From an uncultured Phycisphaerales bacterium (GTDB lineage Bacteria > Planctomycetota > Phycisphaerae > Sedimentisphaerales > Anaerobacaceae): 64,000 nt of DNA. Position numbers and translations under genes: made by a program. The DNA lies in contig OY970359.1 of assembly GCA_963718665.1 (NCBI GenBank), positions 1,088,001 to 1,152,000 on the forward strand, read 5' to 3'. Positions 30,793 to 41,810 of this stretch are shown in pieces (the stretch's first letter is position 1; every line of letters starts with the position of its first letter). Under the pieces are notes generated by a model. It was not told where the DNA came from. It worked only from the letters and a program-made list of their open reading frames with translations, and did not search any database.

Positions 30793-32259
30793 TTTTCCTT
30801 TCGCTCCATTTGAACGTTATTTGTGTCCGACGCCGGTTGCGTCATCTTTGAGGGTTCTAAACGCGCAAGTGTGCCCATTGCCCTGTTCAGGTCGAGTTTG
30901 GCGACCAGGTGAGAATAAATCGCCTGGTAATAGTTCGCCTTGGCTGTTGTGAGAGCCGTCTGGGCGTCAACTACCTCAACCTGTGTATTTGTGCCTTCTC
31001 TGTAACCCGCCTCAACCAGCCGCAGCCCTTCTTCCGCGCGGGAAAGATTGAGCTTCTGCGAATCGACGAATTCGGCGGCGTCCTCGATGCTGAGGGTTGC
31101 CTTTGTCAGTTCAAACAACGCCGTTTCCTCGGTATCGACCAGGTCAATCTGCGATTGTTTGAGCCGGGCCTTTTGCGAAATGACGCCGCCCTCGCGCGAA
31201 ACCGTCAAAAAGCGGCAAAGACGCCATAAGCCCGTAATCCCACCCGTTATCCCATTCGTTCAACATCGGGTTATGGGTATTCGGTTTTGTCCAGTAATCC
31301 TTGTAATACGCGCTTACTATCGGGTAATAAGTGCTTTGCGCAATTGTAAGCAGCTCTTTCTGCTGTCTTATATCAAGCTCCCTGCTGAACAGGTCGGGCC
31401 TGTTTCGATACGCGGCCGCGACTGCCTGTTCCATCGTGATGCTAAAAGGAGAGTAAACAAGCTCGTTGCCGAGAACAAATACGCTGTCCTGCGAAACGCC
31501 CATTATTTTGACAAGGTTTGCTTTGGATATATTGATGGCGTTTCGCCGCTGAATAAACTGCGCTGTGAAATTCGACAGCTCAACTTCTGCACGCAAAACG
31601 TCATAACTGGAAGCGACACCAACGGCGTGTTTTTGGTTTACGTCATCCAGGTGCACCTTTGCGGATTTCACTGCATCCTCGCTTATTGCGTAAAGCTGCT
31701 GGTCCAAAAGAACGGTATAATAACCGAGTTGTGCCGCGTAAACCGTTTCCTGGACGGCAATCCTCACGGCCTGGTCGGCCATAAGCACCCCAAGACGCCC
31801 CGCGTTGATTCTGGCGGGAATCGCCCCGCCCGCGAATATCGGCTGAGTAACCGTTAACGCCGCCGAATAATTATCCAGCGTACCAACTGTTATGTTTTGG
31901 CCGCCGAAGGTAAAATATGGTTTCTCGTCAACACGCTCATAACCGCCCGAAATTGCCACCGTCGGCAGTATCGCAGAATACGAACCAAGCTCTCCACCCC
32001 GCGCGGCTTCCCTTTCCTCTAACGTTTTCAAAAGCATTTTGTTGTTTGTCAGCGTCAGCTTCAGGCAGTCGTCGAGAGAAAGTTTTCCCGAAATTATCGG
32101 CTGCGTCTGTTTCTCGACCTCTTTGCGGCCTTCCCACTGTTTATATGCCGATTCCCGTGACAGCGTCGCCTCGTTAGTGAACTCTTCTTTGCTGACGCAG
32201 CCGGTAAGTGAAATCGCGGACAGTAAAAGGCACAGGATTATATTGGTTGCCAGTTTCAT
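30789..32259 (-). CDS. TolC family outer-membrane protein, frameshifted near 31195
   Basis: ORFs 31144-32259 and 30789-31208 join (LPLFDGF..EGGVISQK); lipobox LTGC. Confidence 0.85.
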
Positions 32260-32924
32260 TTCTTGTCCCCTTTGGCGTAAGCCCTGATTCCGGCCGCCAA
32301 GAATTTGACTATATGGTCTATTGACTCATCGATATTAACCGATGTTATTGAATGGCCTTGCGCCCCTTCGAACAACACCTTGACCTGCGTAATGTGAACC
32401 AGTTGGCCGGTTAGTGAAAGAACGCACATCAGGGCATCGTGTTCATTGATGTTCGGACAAATAACAGCAATCGCTTCTTCCATTGCGGTTATTGACGGGG
32501 CAGCCAGTTCATCGAGAAACATATTTTTGGGTAGCCGCTGCTCCGCCATTTCTCGAAAGAAAAGCTGCATAAATCGCTGGCTTTGCTGCGGGTCTGCGAA
32601 CGGCTTGAGAAAATCAACCGAGTATGCGTAAAGTAACTTTTTGAGTGTCGGTTTAGCTTTGTCGCTCATAACGGTCTTGATGGCGTTAAGCCGGCTCTCA
32701 TTCATCTCACGAAGACGCAATCGGAATAGTTCTTCGTAAAGTTCGCGTTTGTCGCCGAAAAAATAATTTACGGACGCGAGTCCACGTCTTGCCTTTGTGG
32801 TAATGTCTCGAATAGTGGTTCCGTCAAAACCCTTTTGAGCGAACATCTCTTCCGCGGCTTCCAGCAGCCGCTTTCGTGTTATTCGGGCCTCTTTTGTCAG
32901 GTTTTTGTCATCTAAACTATTCAT
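32256..32924 (-). CDS. TetR family regulator (CecR-like C-terminus)
   Basis: RLLEAAEEMFAQKGFDGTTIRDI..VNYFFGDKRELY. Confidence 0.92.
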   Translation of the reverse strand: MNSLDDKNLTKEARITRKRLLEAAEEMFAQKGFDGTTIRDITTKARRGLASVNYFFGDKRELYEELFRLRLREMNESRLNAIKTVMSDKAKPTLKKLLYAYSVDFLKPFADPQQSQRFMQLFFREMAEQRLPKNMFLDELAAPSITAMEEAIAVICPNINEHDALMCVLSLTGQLVHITQVKVLFEGAQGHSITSVNIDESIDHIVKFLAAGIRAYAKGDKK

Positions 32925-32970
32925 ACTTATCTCCTTGAACCAGCTTTTTTAGTCGCTTGCATAAAGCGCT

Positions 32971-33026
32971 TGTTTCATACAAAGTATAAAACATTTGTAT
33001 CAAACAGTTGTATGAAACATTTGTTT
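32971..33026. promoter_or_regulatory. Putative TetR operator array
   Basis: Inverted pair TGTTTCATACAA / TTGTATGAAACA plus three AAACA(T/G)TTGT(A/T)T units at 13-bp spacing. Confidence 0.7.
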
Positions 33027-33260
33027 TGGACACTCGGTTAATAATACAAAAGTCAAAAAAGCCCATTATTGAAATTATAGTAAGGTTTCAATGTAGCTTG
33101 TTTGGCAAATAGATAGGGCAAAAACACGACATTTTTCTTCAAAAAATTGGCTGATTTTGGACTAAAAATTGAGTGGTTTTTGACATTAAAACGGGGCGGA
33201 AGTATATACTTAACGCACAAGCTATGTTTCTTTTTTGCAACGTAGAAAAACCGGCTTAAT

Positions 33261-33395
33261 TTATTTGCTTTCTTTAGGCCAACCTTCCGGCGGTTTTTGT
33301 TTACGAAGGGCCTTTTTGACAGCCCTTTCCCAGTCGCCCTCGATTTTAAGATGCTCTGTTTTCGGGCCTCGCTGTTTTTGTTGTTTTTTAGGCAT
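33261..33395 (-). CDS. 44-aa basic small ORF inside IS1595
   Basis: MPKKQQKQRGPKTEHLKIEGDWERAVKKALRKQKPPEGWPKESK*; its start overlaps the transposase stop (ATGCCTAA). Confidence 0.55.
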   Translation of the reverse strand: MPKKQQKQRGPKTEHLKIEGDWERAVKKALRKQKPPEGWPKESK

Positions 33396-34352
33396 TAACT
33401 ATTGGCTCCCGATAAGTTAGACGTTTACCCTCTGACCCTTGAATCGCTTTTGCGATACGCTCCCCGTCGTTTAATTGTCGGGTATTCCAACGAAACGCGA
33501 ACTCGGAAACGTATCTATGTAAGTGCTTTTTGCTTACTGAATGGAATGTTCCATATAAACCGCGTTTGAGGGCGCAAAGAAACTTTCCACTGTATTGGTA
33601 TAAATATCGCCCCGAACATATTCGCGTCGGCTATGACATACTGTTTTATGCCCGCTCCAAAATACTCTTGTGGCGCTCTTGTAAGCGGGTTCTTCATCAG
33701 TAATTATTCTTGACGCCAAATCGACTTGTTTCCATAATTCATTTTTCAATGCTTCGGCAGTTACATTCGGAATAACGCGCGTCCGAACACCACCATTGCG
33801 TTCAACTAAGGCCAGTACGGGCGTTTTTGGCGTGCCTCGCCCCCGTAAACCCTTCCTGTGGAATCGCGGTTTGCCGCCGACATAAGTTTCGTCCGCCTCA
33901 ATAGTCCCCTGTAATTTCTTTTCTTGTTTTGGCGCAGTCATTGCGTAACGAATACGATGCAAAATAAATAAAGCTGTTTTGTAAGTTACATTGCACTCCC
34001 GCTTAATCTGTAAGGCACTTACGCCGTTCTTCGATGCACAAGCCGCCCAGAAAGCGTGACACCATATTTTAAGTGGCACTCGTGAATCCTCAAAAACTGT
34101 GCCGACGCGAACGGTATATTGTTTTTTGCAACCGTCCTCGTGACAACGCCATAGGAATCTCTTGTTACGTCCACCATCCTTGCCTGTCATTTTAGATACA
34201 TTGATACTGCCACAATGAGGACAGGCAGGATACTCACCCCAGCGTTGCTTTTCCATAAAATACACTGCCGCCGCTTCGTTGGAGCAAGCTATTGGCAACT
34301 CCTTAACGATTACGTCTTTTGTCCGAACAGGTTTTTTATTTTTTATCTTCAT
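33388..34352 (-). CDS. IS1595 (ISXO2-like) DDE transposase, frameshift near 33572
   Basis: CPHCGS Zn ribbon, EADETYVGG, ITDE and TNTVESFF; continues in another frame as LKRGLYGTFHSVSKKHLHRYVSEFAFRWN. Confidence 0.9.
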
Positions 34353-34417
34353 AGAAGCATTGTAACGCCTATCGTCTGTGTGTCAAGTATAAAATTACTA
34401 TTTTTTCAAATTATTTT

Positions 34418-35164
34418 TTACTGCCGTTTTTTAAAGTATTTTTGAATATCTGTAATATATACGTTATTATGGTGTGTTGTTTGCATTGGTATAGGCATAT
34501 CAATAGTCAAAGAACTATTGAGAATAAGAATTAATGAACCACCAATAACATTACTATCTAATACCATATCCGATAAGTGAATCATGGCATTGTTGGCTTC
34601 TGCAAGGGAATAGATTGGTTTGCCAAACAATGGTTGTTCCCCATCAGGATTAAATGCTGATGCTCCATAGTGACCTTTATTGCTATCGGTTGGATTGCTA
34701 TAACAACTTTGCGCATTCATTACAAGCAAGATATTTTGGTCTTTCGCTAAGAACATAAATGCGTGTCCTAAACCTGTATATATGTTACGAACATTATTAG
34801 AATCAACTGTCACTTCGACCGTGGCTGTGGCTGTTCGCAAAGGTTTTTTGTAAGGATTGTCACGGTCGCATACAAAAACCAATTTAGACCAAAAAAGTAA
34901 CGCAATTAAAAAACAAATAATTAACAAAACAAAATCAGTGTTGAACCCTGATTTAATTTTATTATAAATACCGGTTTCGTTTAAAATGGCTAATAAAGTT
35001 GTTAATATCGCCCATATAAATAATACAACAAATATCGCGCCAATCGTAGGTATTGACAATATATAGCTCACAATGCACCCCAAACCTGTTGTGATGATGA
35101 ATTTAAACCGAACAGTTTTAAGGTGTAGGGTAATCTTGTTTTCTTTATTTTGTTCCATATCCAT
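34418..35164 (-). CDS. AT-rich hypothetical membrane protein
   Basis: 248-aa ORF with about three N-terminal hydrophobic segments. Confidence 0.6.
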   Translation of the reverse strand: MDMEQNKENKITLHLKTVRFKFIITTGLGCIVSYILSIPTIGAIFVVLFIWAILTTLLAILNETGIYNKIKSGFNTDFVLLIICFLIALLFWSKLVFVCDRDNPYKKPLRTATATVEVTVDSNNVRNIYTGLGHAFMFLAKDQNILLVMNAQSCYSNPTDSNKGHYGASAFNPDGEQPLFGKPIYSLAEANNAMIHLSDMVLDSNVIGGSLILILNSSLTIDMPIPMQTTHHNNVYITDIQKYFKKRQ

Positions 35165-35343
35165 ATTCTAAGAGTATAAACTGGCCCATTATCCCAATAA
35201 AGCATTATTCTTATTCCTTTCCTTTGAGTTTGTGATGGTTTAAAATACGATTGGTTTCTATGTGGTCTTTTATGCTTGTTACTATCGAAACGATGACGTT
35301 GAGGGAAAAGAGACCCCAAAAAGCCCATTCATAAAACTTATAA

Positions 35344-35853
35344 ATGAAAGGAATTTTTACGGTTGGATTACTTTCAGCATCATTGTCTATCTTTCGCACA
35401 ATAATTGAAAAGTTGTTTTCTTGGAGGACAGATAGACCAACAGTCACCATTAAAAATTGCCTTATTAGAGCAACATTTGGGTTTGAATTTAAAGAAGGAC
35501 AACAAGCCACTGTCGCTGGAGCATTATCCTTTGAAGGGTTTATATCGGCGGGGGGGAAAAACTGTTCTGTAACAGAAATCGGTTTAATATTAGAAAAAAG
35601 AAACTTTGCCGGATTTGTAGAAAAATCAACACAACTGCCGCTTAATGTCCTCTCGAACCATACCGTTCCTTTTGTTATGTATGGACAATGTGACTGGTTA
35701 GCAAAAAAAAACGAACCAGTTGGCAACCAATTTTTCGTTCCCGCTCGAATTGCAATAGTATTTAATAATAAGCATCCAATAATAAAAAAAGTTGTTTTTC
35801 GGACAGTCACGCCATACATTTTTCGTCCTCCTGAGTCGCTTGGGAAATTCTGA
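35344..35853 (+). CDS. AT-rich hypothetical protein
   Basis: 169-aa ORF with a hydrophobic N-terminus and beta-rich remainder; preferred over the antisense ORF, but uncertain. Confidence 0.45.
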   Translation: MKGIFTVGLLSASLSIFRTIIEKLFSWRTDRPTVTIKNCLIRATFGFEFKEGQQATVAGALSFEGFISAGGKNCSVTEIGLILEKRNFAGFVEKSTQLPLNVLSNHTVPFVMYGQCDWLAKKNEPVGNQFFVPARIAIVFNNKHPIIKKVVFRTVTPYIFRPPESLGKF

Positions 35854-36013
35854 ACAGTAACTTATTCATAGACCTTCCCCCCTATCCTTTCCCCTTGTGC
35901 GCAGCCCCATCCTTCCGTTCCTGCTTGTGCGTTCTGTATATACTTCCGAAACGGGGCTGTTTTGCCGAGGCAAACCAGACCTTTCCGAAGGCAAATATAA
36001 CGATTGTAATGAC

Positions 36014-37222
36014 TCAGTATTTGGGCAGGGCGTCTTCGAGGTCGGCGATGAGGTCATCAGTGTCCTCAATGCCCACGGCAAGCCGGAACAGTGTGTCGGT
36101 AATTCCCAGTTTGTATCTTTCCTTTCGGCTGTAGTCGTAATAACTGACAAGGGCGGGATGAGTAATCAGCGATTCCACGCCGCCCAGCGATGGCCCGATG
36201 TTAATCAGTTTCAGCCGGTCGAGCAGCCGTTTGGAATCGGCAAGAGTCCCTTTTACCTCGAACGAAACTACGCCGCCGCCGCCCTGCATCTGTTGTGTCG
36301 CGACTTCATAGTGCTGGTGACTTGGCAGGAAGGGATAATAAACACGCCTTATTGCCGGATGTGCTTCGAGCCATTCAGCAATTCGCAACGCGGATTCGTT
36401 CTGATAACGGATGCGAAGCGGGAATGTCTTTAGCCCGCGCAAAAGCATATAGCAGCAGTGCGGGTCGATGGTGCCGCCCATCGATTTGTGCAGGTCGCGG
36501 ATTTTTTCTACCAGCTCCTGTTTGCCTAATACCGCCCCGGCCAGGATATCGTTATGGCCCGCTAAATACTTCGTGCAGCTTTGCAGAACGAGGTCCATAC
36601 CGAATTCGATGGGCCTCTGGTTGTATGGCGTGGCAAAAGTCGAGTCGATAAGCGTCAGGATTTTGTGCTTGTCGGCTATTCTTTTGATTTTCACAAGGTC
36701 GAAGATGTTCAGATACGGATTAGTGGGCGATTCGGAAAAAATGAAGCGGGTATTTTTCCTGATGGCCCTGTCGATAATGCCATAGTCGCCGAATGGGACA
36801 ATCGTGCAGTCAATAGCGAACTGCTTTAAATATGACTGGCAGAACTCCAGCGTCTTTTTATAGCTGTCGTCGGTAATAACGATATGGTCGCCCGAATGCA
36901 CAAGCGATAAAATAGTTGTGGTAATAGCGCTCATCCCCGACGAAAATACGACGCAGTCCTCTGCGCCTTCAAGGTCAGCCAGTCGCTGCTCGGCGATTTT
37001 GGCGGTCGGGTTGCCGTATCGGCCATATTCGTAATGTGCCTTGCCCTTTTTTGTGTAATCCTCGATTGCCTTGCTGTTTTTGAAGGTAAATGTGGCGGTC
37101 TGGACAATCGGCGTCATCAGCGAGTCCGCGTATTTCTGCCTCGGCTCACCCGCGTGAATCGCCCTTGTCGCCATCGACGCTCTGCTATGAAGTTTTTTCG
37201 CCTTTTTTAGTGTATCTGCCAT
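36014..37222 (-). CDS. Cys/Met metabolism PLP enzyme (cystathionine gamma-synthase-like)
   Basis: YGRYGNPT, FSSGMSA, ESPTNP, DSTFATP, SCTKYLAGHND and SLGGVESL motifs. Confidence 0.9.
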   Translation of the reverse strand: MADTLKKAKKLHSRASMATRAIHAGEPRQKYADSLMTPIVQTATFTFKNSKAIEDYTKKGKAHYEYGRYGNPTAKIAEQRLADLEGAEDCVVFSSGMSAITTTILSLVHSGDHIVITDDSYKKTLEFCQSYLKQFAIDCTIVPFGDYGIIDRAIRKNTRFIFSESPTNPYLNIFDLVKIKRIADKHKILTLIDSTFATPYNQRPIEFGMDLVLQSCTKYLAGHNDILAGAVLGKQELVEKIRDLHKSMGGTIDPHCCYMLLRGLKTFPLRIRYQNESALRIAEWLEAHPAIRRVYYPFLPSHQHYEVATQQMQGGGGVVSFEVKGTLADSKRLLDRLKLINIGPSLGGVESLITHPALVSYYDYSRKERYKLGITDTLFRLAVGIEDTDDLIADLEDALPKY

Positions 37223-37570
37223 ATTGTTTCCCTTTCGCAGTTCAGGATGACTTATTTATCCGAAAAAGAGGCCGGCTTCAAGTGATTTTTGGCCGCTGTT
37301 TTCGCTGATTGACACTGTTTTCTGTCTTCGGTCTTCTGTCTTCTGATTTTTTGACACGGATTACGCGATTTGATGCTGTTTGCTATTTGTATTTGACGCG
37401 GGGAATGTGGGGATTTATAGTAGGTTTGGGTAGAATCATTAAGGATTGACGGGAATCAGAGTTTTGTGTAAATTGTCTTCTGACGTTTAGAAATCAAAGA
37501 GACGGGAATGGGTGGAACGGAATATTGGTAAGCGATATGTCCATGTGAAGGGGAAAACAACAGAGAGGAA

Positions 37571-38104
37571 ATGGAAAAGAAAGAGATGGACTTAAACCGT
37601 TTGGGACATGGTATGCCAGGAATAACACCGGAATTTGGGATGTGCTTGGCTCAGGCGGCAGCCGTTTGTTTAGAGGACCAAGGACATTCATCTGGATCAG
37701 TAATGAACGTCGACGGCGCATTTGAAACAGCTTTTTCGATGTCATGGGACCGCGCTACTGAACAAATAAAAAAATGTTGGGGAGATTTGGAAGTTACTAC
37801 AGAACATGGGGCTTATGGAGTTGCAATTCTTCTTGTGCTCGCGTTGACCGAATACACGATCATAGAACGTTCACGAAAAGGTACAGGTTTTGACTTTTGG
37901 CTAGGGAATAACAAGAACGAAGAAAATCTTTTTCAAGGAAAATCAAGGCTAGAAGTATCGGGTATTCGGAGGGGTGATAGGCAAGTAATAAGCGAACGGA
38001 TCAAAAGAAAAAGAATACAGATTGGCATGGGTGATGGTAAACTCCCTGGGATTGTTGTCGTTGTGGAATTCAGCATGCCACACTCGCGGATTGTGAACAA
38101 ATGA
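37571..38104 (+). CDS. Hypothetical protein, possible PD-(D/E)XK-like nuclease fold
   Basis: TEHGAYG..ERSRKGTGFDFWLG..RLEVSG..VVVVEF; AT-rich. Confidence 0.6.
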   Translation: MEKKEMDLNRLGHGMPGITPEFGMCLAQAAAVCLEDQGHSSGSVMNVDGAFETAFSMSWDRATEQIKKCWGDLEVTTEHGAYGVAILLVLALTEYTIIERSRKGTGFDFWLGNNKNEENLFQGKSRLEVSGIRRGDRQVISERIKRKRIQIGMGDGKLPGIVVVVEFSMPHSRIVNK

Positions 38105-39216
38105 TGGAAATAAGCAAAATTCATGACTTGGCAATGGAGCTTGCTGATAAAGCTTGCATTGCCAGATTACACGGGGATTTGAAAGAAGCTGAACGGCTAA
38201 CCCGAGAAGCATTTGAAAAAGAACGTGAAGCTGCGTCTTGCTTATCTGACAAGTGTGAATGCGAGCCGACGCGGTCCGTTCTTTATAGAAGTGCTGCTTC
38301 GCTCGCGCTTGAATGCGGAGAGCAGCGTGAAGCCGAACGGTTAATAGGATTTGCTTTGTCAGGCACCCCACCTAATGAAGTCGCAGAAGAGCTTCGTGAC
38401 CTTTTGGAAAAGGTGAATTTTGAAAGACACCTTTCTTTGAGGGGATTAAAACTCGGCTCGGACGAGTTTCAGTTTTCTATATGGGGAAATCTTGTCAGTT
38501 ACGGAATGGCTGAGAGCGAAGAGTTCATCAGCAGGGTTCAAAATATCGAGAAAATAATATATCGAACAGCAGAAAGAAGACTTAGTAAACCGTTTAGAGA
38601 AGCGGGTCGAAAGAAGAAGGAACTTGAAAAAGAACTTGAGCTTTACGTTTCTGTTCCGCGAGCAGCAAGCTTTGCCGTTTCGTTTCGTTTGGGAAGTAGT
38701 AGACAGGCCAAGCTACCAGGGATGAGCCTATCGGAAGATGTGATAAGCGAAATGTTCGAGTGCTTTGATTTGTTAAATGCAGAAAAGATGGTTCTGCTCG
38801 AAGAAAAATTTAGAGATAAAGCTTACTTTACCAATTTCGTCCGGTTGGCTCAAACAATCGCTCCCGACGGGGAAAATATCAAGTCCGTTGGCCTCACAAG
38901 GTTTAAGGATAACAAAGAGAATAATGTTGTTTTGTCGACTCCTAGAAGTCAAATTGTGAGGATCGGCGAAAGTGATAAAATGCGAGAGTCAAAAGAGCGG
39001 ATTAAGATAATAGGGACAATGCGTTACGCTGATGATACTAAGAAGGAAGGGGTTATAAAGGTAATTGACGAGCATAAAAAAACGCACATCGTTAAGGTGC
39101 CAAGTGGAATGATGGCGGACATTGTACGGCCAATGTTCGATTTTGAAGTCGTAGTAACTGGATATCTAAAAGATAGTATTATAATCCTTGAGGACATCGA
39201 TAAGGCTTCTGAATGA
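38101..39216 (+). CDS. Hypothetical protein with helical TPR-like N-terminal domain
   Basis: HDLAMELAD..EPTRSVLYRSAASLAL..AEELRDLLE; ATGA overlap with the upstream gene. Confidence 0.7.
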   Translation: MMEISKIHDLAMELADKACIARLHGDLKEAERLTREAFEKEREAASCLSDKCECEPTRSVLYRSAASLALECGEQREAERLIGFALSGTPPNEVAEELRDLLEKVNFERHLSLRGLKLGSDEFQFSIWGNLVSYGMAESEEFISRVQNIEKIIYRTAERRLSKPFREAGRKKKELEKELELYVSVPRAASFAVSFRLGSSRQAKLPGMSLSEDVISEMFECFDLLNAEKMVLLEEKFRDKAYFTNFVRLAQTIAPDGENIKSVGLTRFKDNKENNVVLSTPRSQIVRIGESDKMRESKERIKIIGTMRYADDTKKEGVIKVIDEHKKTHIVKVPSGMMADIVRPMFDFEVVVTGYLKDSIIILEDIDKASE

Positions 39217-39231
39217 GAGGGAAAGCCAGCG

Positions 39232-39339
39232 ATGCCAGATAAAGATGTCAAAACAGTTAAGGATTTGATTTATTACCAATACGCCAAGATAATTGTGCGG
39301 CGGGCGTCCCTTACGGGAGTGGTTAAAAAAACAGCGTAA
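39232..39339 (+). pseudogene. Probable truncated gene remnant
   Basis: MPDKDVKTVKDLIYYQYAKIIVRRA reads like a protein N-terminus and then runs into intergenic repeats. Confidence 0.4.
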
Positions 39340-39579
39340 ATCTGCGTTAATCAGCGTTAAAAAAATCCTTCGTGCCTTTGTGGCTTCGTGGTGAATCTTT
39401 GTTTTCAGCTCAAAAACGCAACTTGCCCTCACCCCCCATACACAAAAAGGAGGGGCAAGTAGGGTCAAGTAGGGGCAACTAAAAAATTCCTTGCAATATC
39501 ATCAGTATTTCTTATGCCCGCTATTAAAACTGAAATTCTCTGTGTCCTCTGTGTGCTCTGGGGCTAAAAAACTCTGTGG

Positions 39580-41525
39580 CTAATTTTTGCTTGTTTTCAA
39601 ATCGTATGCCCTGTAAAGCAATTCGAGATATTGCTCTTTTTCTTTGACCTGGCCATGTACCCTGGCGAGCATTTTGTAATCTCTATATACTTTTTCCTCG
39701 CCGAAACTTTCATGCAGCTTTTTTATAGCTGCCTCCGTTTCCTCAATTGCCTGCTCAATCTTTTCCGCCGGCCAGATATTAAATTGTTTCAGCTCCGGCG
39801 GGGTTGTCTTCCTCGGCTTATCCCGCTTTTGCCTTTTAGGTTTTGCGGCCTGCGGGACTGTTTCCCGTTCTAATGCCCTTTGCTCTAAGAGTTCGGCATA
39901 CCGGCTAAATGAGCCGTTTATAAACTCAAATCTGCCCGCCGCCGTTTTGCCCAGCTCATCTGCGCCGAGCACAATAAGCCGCTGGGCTATCCTGTCGAGA
40001 AAAAACCTGTCGTGACTTACGACGATTATTGTCCCCGTGTAGTCCCCAAGTGCGTTTTCGAGCGCCTCGATACTTGGAATATCAAGGTGATTTGTCGGCT
40101 CATCGAGTATAAGAACCTCCGGCTCGGACAAAACCAGCTTGCAAAGCGCAAGCCGGTTTCGCTCTCCACCGCTAAGGTCCGCCACCTTCTTAAACACGTC
40201 GTCTTTGACAAACAGAAATGCCCCGAGGCACTGCGCACCTGTTCGGGCAGCATTTCAGGAATGACCAAAGCTGCCTCTTCAAGCACGGTATTTTCCGAAT
40301 TCAGTTCCGCCCCTGCCTGGTCAAGATAACCAACGGAAAGGGTCTTCTTAAGCTCGATTGCTCCGGAGGTCGGCTCGATTTGCCCAAGGGCAAGTTTCAG
40401 CAGCGTTGTTTTGCCCATTCCGTTTGGGCCGATGATACCTGTCCGCTGGCCGGTTAAAAGCTCGAAACTCATGTTTTCAAACAGCATTAGATTGCCAAAG
40501 CTCTTCGTAAGATTTTCGCATGTTACCACCGCATCCACTCGCTTACCCTTGTTTTCCACCTCGGCAAATTTAAAGCTAAGCTCTCTCGTGCGTTTCGGTT
40601 TTTCGAGAAAGTCAGGATTGTTTTTGAGAAGATTATCGAGCCGCGTTTGCCTGCCCTGCGCAACCTTTTTCGTTCCCTTGCGGTTTATATTGCGCACAAT
40701 AAAGTCGCGGGTTTTTTCGACGAACTCCAGCCGCTGTTCGTACTGACGCCCCAGTTCAATATCTCGCTTTTCTTTTTCCTGCCTGTAACTGCTGTAATTG
40801 CCCGTGAAAACGTCTGCCCTGCGGTTCCTGATTTCCACAATTTTACAAACCAATCTGTCTAAAAGAAACCTGTCGTGGCTGACAATCAGCGCAGCGCCGC
40901 CGTAGTTTTTTAAGAATTTTTCAAGCCACAGGGTCGCGTCCCAGTCGAGATGGTTTGTCGGCTCATCTAAGAGCAGCAGGTTCGCGTCCGCCAGCAGGAC
41001 TTTTGCGAGCCCCAGCCGCGACAATTGCCCCCCGCTTAACTGCGTCGTTTTTAGCGAATAATGTTTTTCCTCAAGACCCAGCCCCGCGGCGATTTCTTTT
41101 ATTTTCGTTTCATACCTGTAGCCGCCTATAATTTCAAATTCGCTGCTCAGCCGGTCGTATTGCTGCATCGCGGATTTTAATTCGCCGCCGGAAAGTCCGC
41201 TTAATGTCTCCGCCGAGTCGTGCATCCTTTTTTGCAGGTCGAGTATTTCCTGAGCGCTGCTGTGCAGTTCTTCAAGAACAGTTTTTTCACCGCCAAAAAC
41301 CGGCTCCTGCGGCAGGTATCCGATTCGCAGGGCCTTTCTTTGATGAACCTCGCCGGCATCAGGCGGCAGTATTCCGAGAATCATTTTCAACAGCGTGGTT
41401 TTTCCGCACCCGTTGCTCCCGACAAGCCCAACCTTCTCGGCGGGGTATATTTTCAAATCGAGCCGGTCAAAAATCACTTGCGGCCCGAATGATATATGTA
41501 TCTCTTTTAATGTTACTATCGGCAT
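39580..41525 (-). CDS. ABC-F family ATPase (Uup-like), frameshifted near 40230
   Basis: Two ABC domains (GSNGCGKTT, LSGGQ, DEPTNHLD; GPNGMGKTT, LSGGE, DEPTNHLD) split over two frames. Confidence 0.88.
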
Positions 41526-41810
41526 TGAGACATTATACCGGTTTTTTATGGTTTGGTGTGCGCCGGAATTCGTAATTTGGACGTGCGAGATATCTGCTAA
41601 GTGATTTGGCCTATCCGATTAAGCAATTCCCCTATTTGTAAACCTGTCACACTTACCGGAAGATTATGCCGTTACCATCTTTATGTTTCCTGGCTAATGA
41701 GTTTTTTGTCAGTAAATCGCGGGACTGTATCGCCAGACGAAGGTGAAATGACAGTAGCACATATTGTCTGAAAGAATGTTTAAGAAGGGATTTTTACTAA
41801 AGGAGAATTT

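Larger units (their letters stand above)
33198..34398 (-). mobile_element. IS1595-family insertion sequence
   Basis: Imperfect 21-bp terminal inverted repeats (16/21 match): GGAAGTATATACTTAACGCAC versus the reverse complement GTAATTTTATACTTGACACAC. They enclose the transposase. Confidence 0.75.

Noticed and set aside
35211..35819. 202-aa minus-strand ORF
   Set aside because: It is antisense to a plus-strand ORF that looks more protein-like. The choice is uncertain.
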